Origin: an uncultured Candidatus Cloacimonadota bacterium
GTDB lineage: Bacteria > Cloacimonadota > Cloacimonadia > Cloacimonadales > CAYQPF01
Direction of reading: 5' to 3'
NCBI GenBank assembly: GCA_964419225.1
Contig: CAYQPF010000003.1
Coordinates: 37,523-101,522 of the forward strand
DNA: 64,000 nucleotides
The notes under the pieces are model-generated. The model saw only the letters and a program-made list of their open reading frames with translations. It did no database searches and was not told the origin of the DNA. The first letter of the stretch is position 1; every line of letters begins with the position of its first letter. The position numbers and the translations under genes are program-made. This document shows, piece by piece, positions 47,328 through 57,337 of this stretch.

Positions 47328-50300
47328 TCAATTCTTTGGTTTGCTTTTCTTCGGATTCGCATTAGATAAATACTTTCTGTTCTTCTCTAATACATTATCT
47401 AAAAAGGTATGTCCATATTCTTGGTACTTAATACAGATTCTTAATGCTAGTTCGCTGTCTTTCTTAAATAGGGTATCCACAATTTCAGTAATTTTTTCCT
47501 TCTCTGAGAATCGACAAAACTCCTCATTTAACAAGGCATATAACAACTCACCTACAGGTTTTGGAGTTTCCTTCAAATGAGGTATCAAACTATTCACAAA
47601 CAAATATGTTGTATGTCTATTTTTTAGGAACTTAATGGAGTATTTTAACAAAGCTAATATTTCTTTATCGATTTTATCTACTATAGATAGCCAATTGACT
47701 AAACTAGCAGCTACTTGTTCAAATGCTTCACTATCTTTTTTGCTCAGTTCTTTATGGAGCTTTTTCCAAAGTAGTTTAATTTTTATTTTGTTCTCTGGTT
47801 TAACACTTTCTTTAGATCTCCAAAAGAATTTAATGAGTGGTCTAAGTAAATCAGGGGCATCAGAGTGAATCAAACGAGAAATAAGACTTTTTCTATCTTT
47901 CAATTTCTCAATACCTTTTAAATAGGCAATACCTATGTGCTGAGATAATCTATCATTAATATTTTCATTAGCAAACTGGTATGTTAGTGCATGTTGATAA
48001 TGATTATTTTCCTTCAGTACTGTATATATGTCTAAATACCAGTATGAAGCATTATACAGATATCCTGTAAAAGAAGCTTCCCAATAGTGTTTTTCTTTCC
48101 AAGGAAAAATTAAACTCAAGTTGCTTGTCACCCAGTCTTTGTCTAAAACCCAGAAATCAACTAAATAAATTCCGAGTATTGTATAAAACTCCAGTGGCTT
48201 ACTGTCACTACTTTTCAAATATCCATTAAAAATCTTATCCTTTATTTCAGGGTCCCATTTAATCCCATTAACCTTGTTCTCGCTGGTATATCTTCTATTT
48301 AGGTTTATAAAAGCTGTGAAAATTTTCGATGCATTGGAATTCAAAGCCTTATCCAGAATTTCTTTTCTTTCATAACTCTCCAACTCCATTTTTTCTTCAA
48401 GCATGAACATTAAAGTCTTTACTCTCTCATAGTAATTGTATTCAAAGCATGTTTCTATTCTTATAGTACCAGCATTTATTAATTCAGCTATTGTAGATGT
48501 AACCCATTCCCGATGATCAATATCCTCTTTCTTGTAAACTTGAGCCCAAAAATCATCAGAAAGAACTAGATTCTCCATAAATGTTAAAATCCCCTCCCAA
48601 TCTAATTTATGTTGGTCTTTCAAATAATTCAGAAATCCCCATAGAATAAAATAGAGATAATAGTTATCAACATTGAGCAGTGGGGATAAATCTTTATATT
48701 TTAAGGGATTAGCATAAATTAGTTGTCTTAATTCTACGGCTAATCCGTTTTTACTCGGAGAATCAAACCTTTCTTCAGGTTCAAATTCTATAAGTATTTT
48801 TGCTATCTCCTCAACACTCTTTGTACCTAATTCTTCAATTTCATAAGGACTCTTAGGTACGGTTAAATAACTGCCTAAATTCCTAAACTCTGGATTCTCT
48901 ATTTCATCAGGACATATAGAGTTGAATTTATCATAAAGCTCCTTTATTCTCGAAGATGGATTTTCCATTAAAGCAAAAACCCATTGCTTTTGATGATAAG
49001 CGAGTGCCCTTTCCTTCTTTGATTCTTCATAACCTACAGGGAAATCTGGGTTTATAGCATTTACCCAGGGAATAAAAATATCCAACTCTTTATCAAGGAT
49101 ATTTGAAGCATTCTGATGAAGAATTTCATAAACTTCTTGATCCACATAGGGTACTTCCAATGGGTTATGCTCTAAATCCCAAAATAAATCTTTCAATTCC
49201 GCATAGTGTTTATTGATCATGTACAGTGCTATTCTAATAAATATTGTCTCCTTCTTAGAAAGCAAATCATTAACAGCATCTTTTCTTAAGCTTAGTGTTA
49301 AATTGTCTAATACGCTGCATGCAAAGCTGACAATTAAGCTATCGTATTCTTGGTTTTGGGAAGAATCGTTCATTGATGTTATTTTTGGAATAGAATAGAT
49401 GTTAAATTGAAAAGGATCTTCAGTAAGTATTGCAGAAATCTTTCCAATGCAGATATTGAATACATCTATTGAACAAATTCTGGAAATGTCTTTATAATAC
49501 TCTTTTAAAACTTCTGCCAGCCAATAGTCATCAAATATAGGTTTTAGTTCAATACCTATGATAGAAGTGCTTGTTATATTATAGTCTGTTACAATATCTA
49601 TTAGTTCCAATAACATTTCTGATTTATTGTTAAAAATCAATAATGGAATAATCTCTTTATCGATTTCATCTGATATTAAGTAACTTGCATATTCAGAATT
49701 AAGTAAAGTTTTTATTAATTGGATATCTTCTATGTTGATTCTTTCAATAGGTAGTTTGAAAATTATACTAATTATGCACCAGTTTATCCAAGAATTCTTA
49801 ACTAAGCAATTTTCTTCACTTAAAAATCTCGCTATGTCTCGTGCTATTTTTTCAACTAAATCTATAGATTCTACTTCAGGATTCTTTTGCAGATAAGTCG
49901 CAGTATTTCGTAAGTAAATTAGTATATCCCAACGCTCTATGTTTTCTTTAGAATCATCGGTCATTTCACTATTTAAGCTCAGTGGGCTGAAATATTCTTT
50001 ATCAAACAAGGGTTGCAATAGCTCTAAATGAGGATATTCCACTATTGCAAGATTTGCAAAAAAGAATGTATAGTTCATTTTATCTACTTTTATAAAAGAA
50101 ACTAGAAAATTTATGTCACCTTTGACTATTGGAAATTCTTGTGAAAGAGTATTTTTAACTTTTAACAAATTATCACTCATGATAATTGGAGAAAGGGTTA
50201 CATCTTTATTCCACTCTTTTAAAACATTGATTAACTCTAAATAGCTGTTAACATCTTTATTATACCTTATCGCTTCTATTCCTAGTGACTTATAATAATT

Positions 50301-51068
50301 TTTATAGTATTCAAAAACACTCTCTTCATAACTGAAAATTGGTAACAAGATATGATGCTTCAATTTATCGTTAGCTGAAGATCCTTCACTGATCCCCGAT
50401 TTTACTATCAAAAAGTCTAGAATCTCGAATTCTGCTAAACCGTAACCAACAAATAAAATTGAGTTTTTGGCGAATAATTTCTTCATTAAGCTTATAAATC
50501 CTTTATCACTGTATCTTTCTAGGTATTTGGGTAATGTGAATATTAGAGACTCTCTATTCTTAATACACCCATGTATTTGATAAAGTTTTCTATTGTCCAG
50601 AGATTTGATTTCATTTTCAAAATTTTGATATATTATGTCACATTGCAGAAATTTATAATGAAATTCGGTATCAGCATTCGTAGTAATAAATAAGCTGCCT
50701 AAATTAAACAATAGATTGTAAATCTCATGTTCTTGACTACTTTCATTACTAGAAAGTGCTTCTTTGAATATTATCCAAAATGATTCTTCAAGTTGTTTGG
50801 ATTTCATGATATCCTGACAAATTGATATAATCTTTTTATTATCTTTTTCTTGTTTCAATAATTCATATTCAGTATAATTAATACATTTTTTGTCCCAACA
50901 TTCTTTTAACAGGTTATTAGATAACTCATCCCAACCTTTACACCCAACAATTCTTGAAACACCTGCTCCTATAAAAATTGCAAGGTTATTATTTGTAATT
51001 TCATTTTTAATCTTCTGAGGTAAATCATATGTTTGATATTTTGAGTTAGTTTCATTTTCATTATTCAT
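47328..51068 (-). CDS. SIR2-like (NADase) domain fused to a long helical C-terminus, DSR-like defence protein (~1246 aa)
   Basis: AIFIGAGVSR...GWDEL, FITTNAD, LYQIHG, ILFVGYGLAE in the first ~300 aa. Likely start ATG 51068; the ORF track extends to 51137. Very AT-rich. Confidence 0.82.
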   Translation of the reverse strand: MNNENETNSKYQTYDLPQKIKNEITNNNLAIFIGAGVSRIVGCKGWDELSNNLLKECWDKKCINYTEYELLKQEKDNKKIISICQDIMKSKQLEESFWIIFKEALSSNESSQEHEIYNLLFNLGSLFITTNADTEFHYKFLQCDIIYQNFENEIKSLDNRKLYQIHGCIKNRESLIFTLPKYLERYSDKGFISLMKKLFAKNSILFVGYGLAEFEILDFLIVKSGISEGSSANDKLKHHILLPIFSYEESVFEYYKNYYKSLGIEAIRYNKDVNSYLELINVLKEWNKDVTLSPIIMSDNLLKVKNTLSQEFPIVKGDINFLVSFIKVDKMNYTFFFANLAIVEYPHLELLQPLFDKEYFSPLSLNSEMTDDSKENIERWDILIYLRNTATYLQKNPEVESIDLVEKIARDIARFLSEENCLVKNSWINWCIISIIFKLPIERINIEDIQLIKTLLNSEYASYLISDEIDKEIIPLLIFNNKSEMLLELIDIVTDYNITSTSIIGIELKPIFDDYWLAEVLKEYYKDISRICSIDVFNICIGKISAILTEDPFQFNIYSIPKITSMNDSSQNQEYDSLIVSFACSVLDNLTLSLRKDAVNDLLSKKETIFIRIALYMINKHYAELKDLFWDLEHNPLEVPYVDQEVYEILHQNASNILDKELDIFIPWVNAINPDFPVGYEESKKERALAYHQKQWVFALMENPSSRIKELYDKFNSICPDEIENPEFRNLGSYLTVPKSPYEIEELGTKSVEEIAKILIEFEPEERFDSPSKNGLAVELRQLIYANPLKYKDLSPLLNVDNYYLYFILWGFLNYLKDQHKLDWEGILTFMENLVLSDDFWAQVYKKEDIDHREWVTSTIAELINAGTIRIETCFEYNYYERVKTLMFMLEEKMELESYERKEILDKALNSNASKIFTAFINLNRRYTSENKVNGIKWDPEIKDKIFNGYLKSSDSKPLEFYTILGIYLVDFWVLDKDWVTSNLSLIFPWKEKHYWEASFTGYLYNASYWYLDIYTVLKENNHYQHALTYQFANENINDRLSQHIGIAYLKGIEKLKDRKSLISRLIHSDAPDLLRPLIKFFWRSKESVKPENKIKIKLLWKKLHKELSKKDSEAFEQVAASLVNWLSIVDKIDKEILALLKYSIKFLKNRHTTYLFVNSLIPHLKETPKPVGELLYALLNEEFCRFSEKEKITEIVDTLFKKDSELALRICIKYQEYGHTFLDNVLEKNRKYLSNANPKKSKPKN

Positions 51069-51453
51069 TTGCAATACCACCATTAACATATTTAATTCAA
51101 ACATATTCCGAATAATAAATCTTTTTGTTCTTGTCAATTCTAAAGTTTATAGTATGGCAGATTATCTATTCATAAAGTTAAGTATATTAAACAACCAATA
51201 TCCCATTTCTAATTTTCCAGAAATAGCCTTTGTATAAAACTGCATTTTCTTTATTTTTTTTACAACCTCTACACGATGATCATCTTTGAACTGTTTTTCG
51301 CTTCTATCAGAATTGTTGGACGATTTAAAACCATAGTAGAATAATGCTGCTTGCAAATTGATGTAAGCTTAACTATTTCAATCTTTCATTGACAGATCAT
51401 CTTAATTCATTTTACTAGATTATATGATTTCATAAGATGAAATTGGGGGAAGT

Positions 51454-53151
51454 ATGGCAAATAATATATTAGATACAAAAACTATGACTTTTAGCGATAT
51501 TATTGGAAATGGCAAAAGATATTCTGTTCCTTTGTATCAAAGAGATTATTCCTGGAAGGAAGAGAACTGGGAAGAATTATGGCTGGATATTCTCAATTTG
51601 CAGGAAGATAAAGATGTTCATTATATGGGTTCCGTTGTTCTGCAAAACGAAGGAGATAAAAGCTTTCGGATTATAGATGGTCAACAAAGAATTGCTACAA
51701 TTAGTATCTTAATTCTCGCTGCCCTCAAAATTATTCAAAACTTTATTGATAATCATATAGATGTTGATGACAATACGGAACGAAAATCAATTATTATGAA
51801 TACATTTTTAGGCAGTAAGGATGCCGTATCCCTGACTTATAACAGTAAACTCATGTTGAATGAAAATAATAACGGATTCTATCAAACCTACCTGCTTCAA
51901 CTGAATACTCCCCTGAATACAGGAAAATTCAACGACTCTGAAAAACTGATGATCGGTGCTTTCAAATACTATCTTTATAAGTTGGAAGTCTCGGATCATG
52001 CTAAAGATGGCATCGGTATCTCGAAGTTTGTTGAGAAGATCGTCGGAGATAAACTTTTGTTTATTCAAATTACCGTCGATGATGAACTTTCCGCTTATAC
52101 CGTTTTTGAAACCCTTAATGCCCGAGGTTTGGAATTAACTTCCACTGATTTGTTAAAAAACTATCTTTTTTCTCTGGTTACTAGTAAAACTGACCTAAAA
52201 AACCTTAACCATCAATGGGTAATTATTTCCAAGACTGTTGGCATTAAAAATCTGCCACAGTTCTTACGTTATTACCTTAATTCCAAGCAAAAGCTGGTTA
52301 GAGCCGACCGCTTGTTTAAAGAGATCAAGAATCAAATAAAGAAACAGGAACAAGTCTTTCCCTTACTAAATGAGTTAGAACGTTATGCTGATGTTTATGT
52401 TGCCTTGGCTGATGCTGAAAGTGATTTATGGAAGGGTAAACCCATCATTAAGGGAATTATTGAGGAAATTTGTCTTTTTAACTCCCAACAGCATAAATCC
52501 CTTCTTATGGGAGCATATTTCAGACTTGATGAAACTGAATTCTTAAAAGTTTTAAGAATTATTCGTTCTATTGTTTTCAGATATACTGTAATTAGTGGAT
52601 TTAATACTAATAACTTGGAAGATACATATAATAAAGTTGCAATTCTGGTATCTTCAGGACAGATAGACAATGCCTCGGCAATATTTAAAGAGTTAGCAGA
52701 GGTGTACATCAGTGATGAAGAGTTTAAAAATAACTTTGCTACCAAAGCATTCGAAACCCGAAACTCAAAGGTTAAGAAAGTTGTACGTTACATATTTGCA
52801 TCTCTGGAAAACCAGCAGTATCAAAAGTCATATCCTCTTATTGATGTCGATGCCACTATTGAACATATTCTGCCTGAAAATCCTTCAGATGAATGGTTAA
52901 ATAGCTTTGAACCTAATATGTTGGATAGTGCGACTTACCGCATAGGTAATTTGACTTTGCTTGAGGATAAACTTAATAAGAAAGAAGCAGAGAATAAATC
53001 ATTTGAGCAGAAGAAAGAAGTTTATGAAAAATCCCAGTTTAATATTACAACAGCTTTGGGTGATTATGAGAATTGGGATTTTGAAAAAATAAGATTCAGA
53101 CAACAAAAGTTAGCTAATATTGCTGTTACAGTTTGGAAAATTTCATATTAA
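51454..53151 (+). CDS. DUF262 + DUF1524 (HNH) protein, GmrSD/SspE-like (paralog of 45607-47301)
   Basis: VPLYQRDYSW, IIDGQQRIAT, FETLNARG, TIEHILPEN, IGNLTLL...N. Confidence 0.9.
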   Translation: MANNILDTKTMTFSDIIGNGKRYSVPLYQRDYSWKEENWEELWLDILNLQEDKDVHYMGSVVLQNEGDKSFRIIDGQQRIATISILILAALKIIQNFIDNHIDVDDNTERKSIIMNTFLGSKDAVSLTYNSKLMLNENNNGFYQTYLLQLNTPLNTGKFNDSEKLMIGAFKYYLYKLEVSDHAKDGIGISKFVEKIVGDKLLFIQITVDDELSAYTVFETLNARGLELTSTDLLKNYLFSLVTSKTDLKNLNHQWVIISKTVGIKNLPQFLRYYLNSKQKLVRADRLFKEIKNQIKKQEQVFPLLNELERYADVYVALADAESDLWKGKPIIKGIIEEICLFNSQQHKSLLMGAYFRLDETEFLKVLRIIRSIVFRYTVISGFNTNNLEDTYNKVAILVSSGQIDNASAIFKELAEVYISDEEFKNNFATKAFETRNSKVKKVVRYIFASLENQQYQKSYPLIDVDATIEHILPENPSDEWLNSFEPNMLDSATYRIGNLTLLEDKLNKKEAENKSFEQKKEVYEKSQFNITTALGDYENWDFEKIRFRQQKLANIAVTVWKISY

Positions 53152-53271
53152 AGACAGTAACTCAATTTCATATGGGAAGAATTACTTCAACTCAAGAGTC
53201 AAACATCACACTACTAAACAAAACCATCTTTGTTCTTACTACTTTTGAACTATCTTATCCCGTAGGAGATT

Positions 53272-54090
53272 ATGATTATGAGTTTTAAAGACATTTATAC
53301 AGAAATCAAAATAGCCAAGCCTCTGGCTCCGGTTCTCTTCATCGGACATGGGAATCCGCTAAATGCCATTACAGATAATATCTATCGCGATGACTGGCGG
53401 GAATTAGGTGAAATCCTGCCCAGACCCAAAGCCATCCTCTGCATCTCAGCTCACTGGCTAACTTCCGGCACTTATGTAACCATGTCAGACCATCCCCGTA
53501 CGATCCACGACTTCGGTGGTTTCCCCCAAGAATTGTTTGAGGTACAATATCCTGCTCCCGGAGCTACAAAAATTGCTCAGGCTATAATTGATCATATTAG
53601 AACGACTAAAATCCAGGAAGATCATAAATGGGGTCTGGATCATGGAACCTGGTCAGTACTGATGAATATGTACCCCCAAGCAGATATTCCGGTTTTGCAA
53701 ATGAGTCTTGATGTGAAAAAAGATCTGGAAGAACACTATCAATTAGCAAAAGAACTGGCATTTCTCCGCAAGGAAGGAGTTTTGATCGTTTCAAGTGGTA
53801 ATGTTGTACATAATCTGGGTAAAGTTGATTGGGATAATGAGACAAAACCTTATGATTGGGCACTGCAATTCGATGAATTCGTAGCCAAAAGCATCATTGA
53901 TCAGAATGATCCGGTATTAATAGATTATCTGGATTTGGGTACAATTGCCCAACTTGCTCAGCCTACCAATGATCATTATCTTCCTCTTATCTATACCATT
54001 GGTCTGCGAGAATCGGATGATGCCCTCTATTTCTTTAATGAGTCTATAGATATGTGCTCGATCGGGATGAGGAGTATGATTTTTTATTAG
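53272..54090 (+). CDS. ygiD: 4,5-DOPA extradiol dioxygenase (LigB family)
   Basis: FIGHGNPLNA, ISAHW, TIHDFGGFP, GLDHGTW, SGNVVHNL, PTNDHYLPL. Confidence 0.9.
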   Translation: MIMSFKDIYTEIKIAKPLAPVLFIGHGNPLNAITDNIYRDDWRELGEILPRPKAILCISAHWLTSGTYVTMSDHPRTIHDFGGFPQELFEVQYPAPGATKIAQAIIDHIRTTKIQEDHKWGLDHGTWSVLMNMYPQADIPVLQMSLDVKKDLEEHYQLAKELAFLRKEGVLIVSSGNVVHNLGKVDWDNETKPYDWALQFDEFVAKSIIDQNDPVLIDYLDLGTIAQLAQPTNDHYLPLIYTIGLRESDDALYFFNESIDMCSIGMRSMIFY

Positions 54091-54136
54091 AAATGAGTCC
54101 ACTCTAACCCTAAATAGTCACAAAAAGGCACAGTGA

Positions 54137-54169
54137 GAATTATGGATTATGAATTGTGAATTATGAATG
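54137..54169. repeat. Heptamer array (GAATTAT)-type, about 4.5 copies
   Basis: gaattat ggattat gaattgt gaattat gaatg. Confidence 0.75.
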
Positions 54170-54430
54170 GGAAATAAAAATAAACTATTCGCAGAGAAAA
54201 AGGGATCGGAATTAGTGGTTTTTAATGTATCTAAATTTAAAAGAGTGTGATAAGAAGCCGAAAAGTAACTTTGAAAAGTTAACCTTGAAGATTTAACACC
54301 GGACTCAGAAATAATTCTAAAAACAAAATAAACTTGCTTTTTTGAAGAAAAACTTCAATTTTTAAATATATTTCTTTACAGAAATTTCAGGCAATGCATA
54401 ATTTGATTACTCTCAGGAGTATAGAGTGGA

Positions 54431-56014
54431 GTGGAAATGGAAGATTACAAAGAGATTTTTATGGCTCAGTTGAACGAGCTGAACAAAAGCTGGTTTAACC
54501 CGGATACTAAGTATTTTACCGAAATGGATGAACTGCTTGCCAAAAGCAGGCAATATGGCTTTTTAGATTTGGAAATCAGAGTACTGGGTTCCTTTGGAAT
54601 AACCTACACAGCCACTCACCAACAGGATAAAGCAGAACAAGTCTATGCAGAGATTGGCAGATTAATTAGCAATTCCAATGATCCTATGATTCTTGCCATG
54701 GGTAATTTGATCGTAGGCACCTATCACTGGAATTATTGCAAATTCGATAAAGCTGTAGAATATCTCGAGAAATCAAGCGAATATTATAAATCTCTCAACG
54801 ATGAATATAATACTATTTTTGTAGCTCAAAATCTCGGTGTCGCATATTATAAACTTAATGATTATAAAAAAGCATTTGAATATCTCAATTTTGCTTACAT
54901 CAATATTGGCAAAGTAGATAATCTTCGAGTCAAGGGCAGTATTTATTCCTGGTTCGGTATCCTGCATAATGAGATCGGCCTTGTTGATAAAGCTTTCGAA
55001 TTATTACTTAAATCTGATGAATTATTTAAAGAATCAAGATACTATTATGGGTATGCCACAAATCAGAATTCTGTAGGTCTCATCTACTTCAATATCGGAA
55101 ACTATGAAAAAGCTATCATCTGTTTCAGAGAAGCTGCCAGATGCGGTAGAGAAGGAAAGGCAGATCAAATCGTAGCAGACTCTTTAAACAATATTTCGAT
55201 GGTTTATGATTCTCAGGGTGACCTGCAAAGCGGTATTAAATATGCACTTGAATCCTTGGAACTAAGAAGAAAATGCGGACCGGATGATAAACTCCTGACT
55301 ACCCTCTGTGTTCTTGCCAGATCTCTTATGCTTGGTGATATTCTCACTAATATCCCGCCATTGCTTGATGAAGCTCTTTTAATTGCCAACAAAATCAATA
55401 CCCCAAAGAATTTCTTCCTTTGTTATAAAAATTATAGCAGATATTATCTAATGATAGGTGAACTCGATAAAGCTCTGGATTATGCCCAAAAATGTCTGAA
55501 GATAGGTGAAGAAATCCAGAACAATCCTTTTATTGATGAGTCTTATGGATTACTTATCTCCTATTATCAAAAAATCGGTGATTTTTCCAAAGCCCTGGAC
55601 TACAGTGAAAAATCACGTGGATTAATGCGGGAAATCTTCGGAGCTGAGACAAAAAGCAAAGTCGAAAACTTCCATTATCAATATGAAATCATGTCCCTAA
55701 AAACCGAATATGAAGCCAAACTTCAGAGGGAAAAGATCAATGCAGCTCTGGCTATGGCTGTGACTGCAAACCATGAAATCAATCAGCCTCTCATGATCAT
55801 TCAGGGTAATATCGAAATGTTCATCGGGAGTTTCCATGATTTTGAACTTACTGAACACCAGGAAAGATATCTGCAAAAAATAAATAATGGAATGGACAGG
55901 ATCAGAGATATCCTGACTAGTTTCAAAACCAAAACAGAAATCAATTTTACCGATTATAGCGATGAAGAAGAAATGGTGGAAATTACTTTCCCCAGCTCTA
56001 AACAGGAGGCATAA
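54431..56014 (+). CDS. TPR-repeat protein with C-terminal HisKA dimerisation domain and no ATPase domain
   Basis: Multiple TPRs (NLGVAYY, NSVGLIYF, LNNISMVY). H-box ANHEINQPL; protein ends ~75 aa later. Confidence 0.8.
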   Translation: MEMEDYKEIFMAQLNELNKSWFNPDTKYFTEMDELLAKSRQYGFLDLEIRVLGSFGITYTATHQQDKAEQVYAEIGRLISNSNDPMILAMGNLIVGTYHWNYCKFDKAVEYLEKSSEYYKSLNDEYNTIFVAQNLGVAYYKLNDYKKAFEYLNFAYINIGKVDNLRVKGSIYSWFGILHNEIGLVDKAFELLLKSDELFKESRYYYGYATNQNSVGLIYFNIGNYEKAIICFREAARCGREGKADQIVADSLNNISMVYDSQGDLQSGIKYALESLELRRKCGPDDKLLTTLCVLARSLMLGDILTNIPPLLDEALLIANKINTPKNFFLCYKNYSRYYLMIGELDKALDYAQKCLKIGEEIQNNPFIDESYGLLISYYQKIGDFSKALDYSEKSRGLMREIFGAETKSKVENFHYQYEIMSLKTEYEAKLQREKINAALAMAVTANHEINQPLMIIQGNIEMFIGSFHDFELTEHQERYLQKINNGMDRIRDILTSFKTKTEINFTDYSDEEEMVEITFPSSKQEA

Positions 56015-56455
56015 ATGAAACATTTGATCATTCTAATCTTACTTCTGGCGATTTACTTCGGTACCACTCTGGAAGCAAAAAACATAGCAGTCTGCATGCT
56101 CAAAGGAAAATCTACTCCCTTCAAAGATGCAGTATTGGACTCCCTCAAAACTCAGTTCTCCAACTATAAAATAGACATTATCAATGATGTTAAACCCAAA
56201 GAATTTCAAGCATCTAAATACGACGCCGTGATCGTTGTCGATGAACTCGAAGCCTGGACCTGGTTCAATACTAAACTTAAAAAACTGAGTAAACAGCTTG
56301 ATCCAAAGAAAACAATATATTTTATTACCGCCGGAGATGCCAACTGGAAATGGAAAAAAGAAAATGTCCTGACAGTCACTTCTGCTTCCAAAAATGATAA
56401 AATTATCCCTACCTGGCATAATCTGAAGAAGCAATTACAGAATATCTTGCATTAA
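56015..56455 (+). CDS. Secreted hypothetical protein (possible flavodoxin-like alpha/beta fold)
   Basis: Signal peptide MKHLIILILLLAIYFGTTLEA. GGAGG RBS inside the upstream gene; starts immediately after its stop. Confidence 0.7.
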   Translation: MKHLIILILLLAIYFGTTLEAKNIAVCMLKGKSTPFKDAVLDSLKTQFSNYKIDIINDVKPKEFQASKYDAVIVVDELEAWTWFNTKLKKLSKQLDPKKTIYFITAGDANWKWKKENVLTVTSASKNDKIIPTWHNLKKQLQNILH

Positions 56456-56480
56456 TAATTGAACCCATTCCAGAAAGTTC

Positions 56481-56640
56481 TTTATCCACAGAAAGACACT
56501 GATTTACTCAGATTGGGAAAATTAGTTAATATTATAAAAGGATGGTTTTCTCTTCTCATATGTCCGTAGGACAATAGATATATAGCCTGCAACTTCAGTT
56601 GCAGGAGTGAATGACCTCAAATCCCTGTCCGGAAGGACGA
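56481..56640. repeat. Spacer mosaic: 9/10-mer arm plus REP-like hairpins
   Basis: tttatccacagaaagacac identical to 39642-39660; TGTCC-gta-GGACA (56561); CCTGCAAC-ttca-GTTGCAGG (56586-56605); GTCC-ggaa-GGAC (56627). Confidence 0.75.
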
Positions 56641-56867
56641 AAGATTATTAATTGAGCATAAACAATTGTAAGATACCAGTCTGAAGACAGGTTCTACAGT
56701 AACAAGTAGATGCTTCCCGCTCTCGCCCTGACACCGAAGTTGCTACTTGTGCCATCAAGATTTTTCCATTTAAAGATTTAATTTGACATCACATTACAGT
56801 TCAGGAGATTTGACAGGTTATATTATATGTTGTGATACAAGGTTTTGTATTACTGTTTGGAGTAGAA

Positions 56868-57335
56868 ATGGAAGCTAAGATCAATGGACGGATAGTTCAC
56901 CTTGCTGAGAACAAGTTAGAGGAGAACCTGCTAAACTTTTTAAGAGAAGATCTGGATCTTACAGGTGCTAAAAACGGCTGTGGAATTGGGGTATGTGGTG
57001 CCTGTACAATTCTTATAAACCAGGTTGCTGTCAGATCATGTATCAAAAAAGTAAAAGATATTGTGGATAAAGAAGTTATAACGATCGAAGGTATGGAAGA
57101 CCCAAAAGGTATCCCCCACCCCCTGCAGCAGGCTTTCATGGACGCAGGTGCTATTCAGTGCGGCTTCTGTACTCCGGGAATGGTTCTTTCTGCCCATGCA
57201 TTTCTTCTCAAAAACAATAACCCCACCAGAGATGAAATCAGAAACGCCATCAACGGAAATTTATGCCGTTGTACAGGCTATCAACAAATAATAGATGCAA
57301 TCGAAAACGCAGCAAAATATTATCAAGGAGAATAA
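56868..57335 (+). CDS. (2Fe-2S)-binding subunit of the xanthine dehydrogenase/CoxS family
   Basis: GAKNGCGIGVCGACT, SC, QCGFCTPG, NLCRCTGY. Confidence 0.93.
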   Translation: MEAKINGRIVHLAENKLEENLLNFLREDLDLTGAKNGCGIGVCGACTILINQVAVRSCIKKVKDIVDKEVITIEGMEDPKGIPHPLQQAFMDAGAIQCGFCTPGMVLSAHAFLLKNNNPTRDEIRNAINGNLCRCTGYQQIIDAIENAAKYYQGE

Positions 57336-57337
57336 AA

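Noticed and set aside
51162-51356. 64-aa minus-strand ORF upstream of the SIR2 gene
   Set aside because: TTG start, no clear RBS and no recognisable motif. It could be a remnant but cannot be supported.
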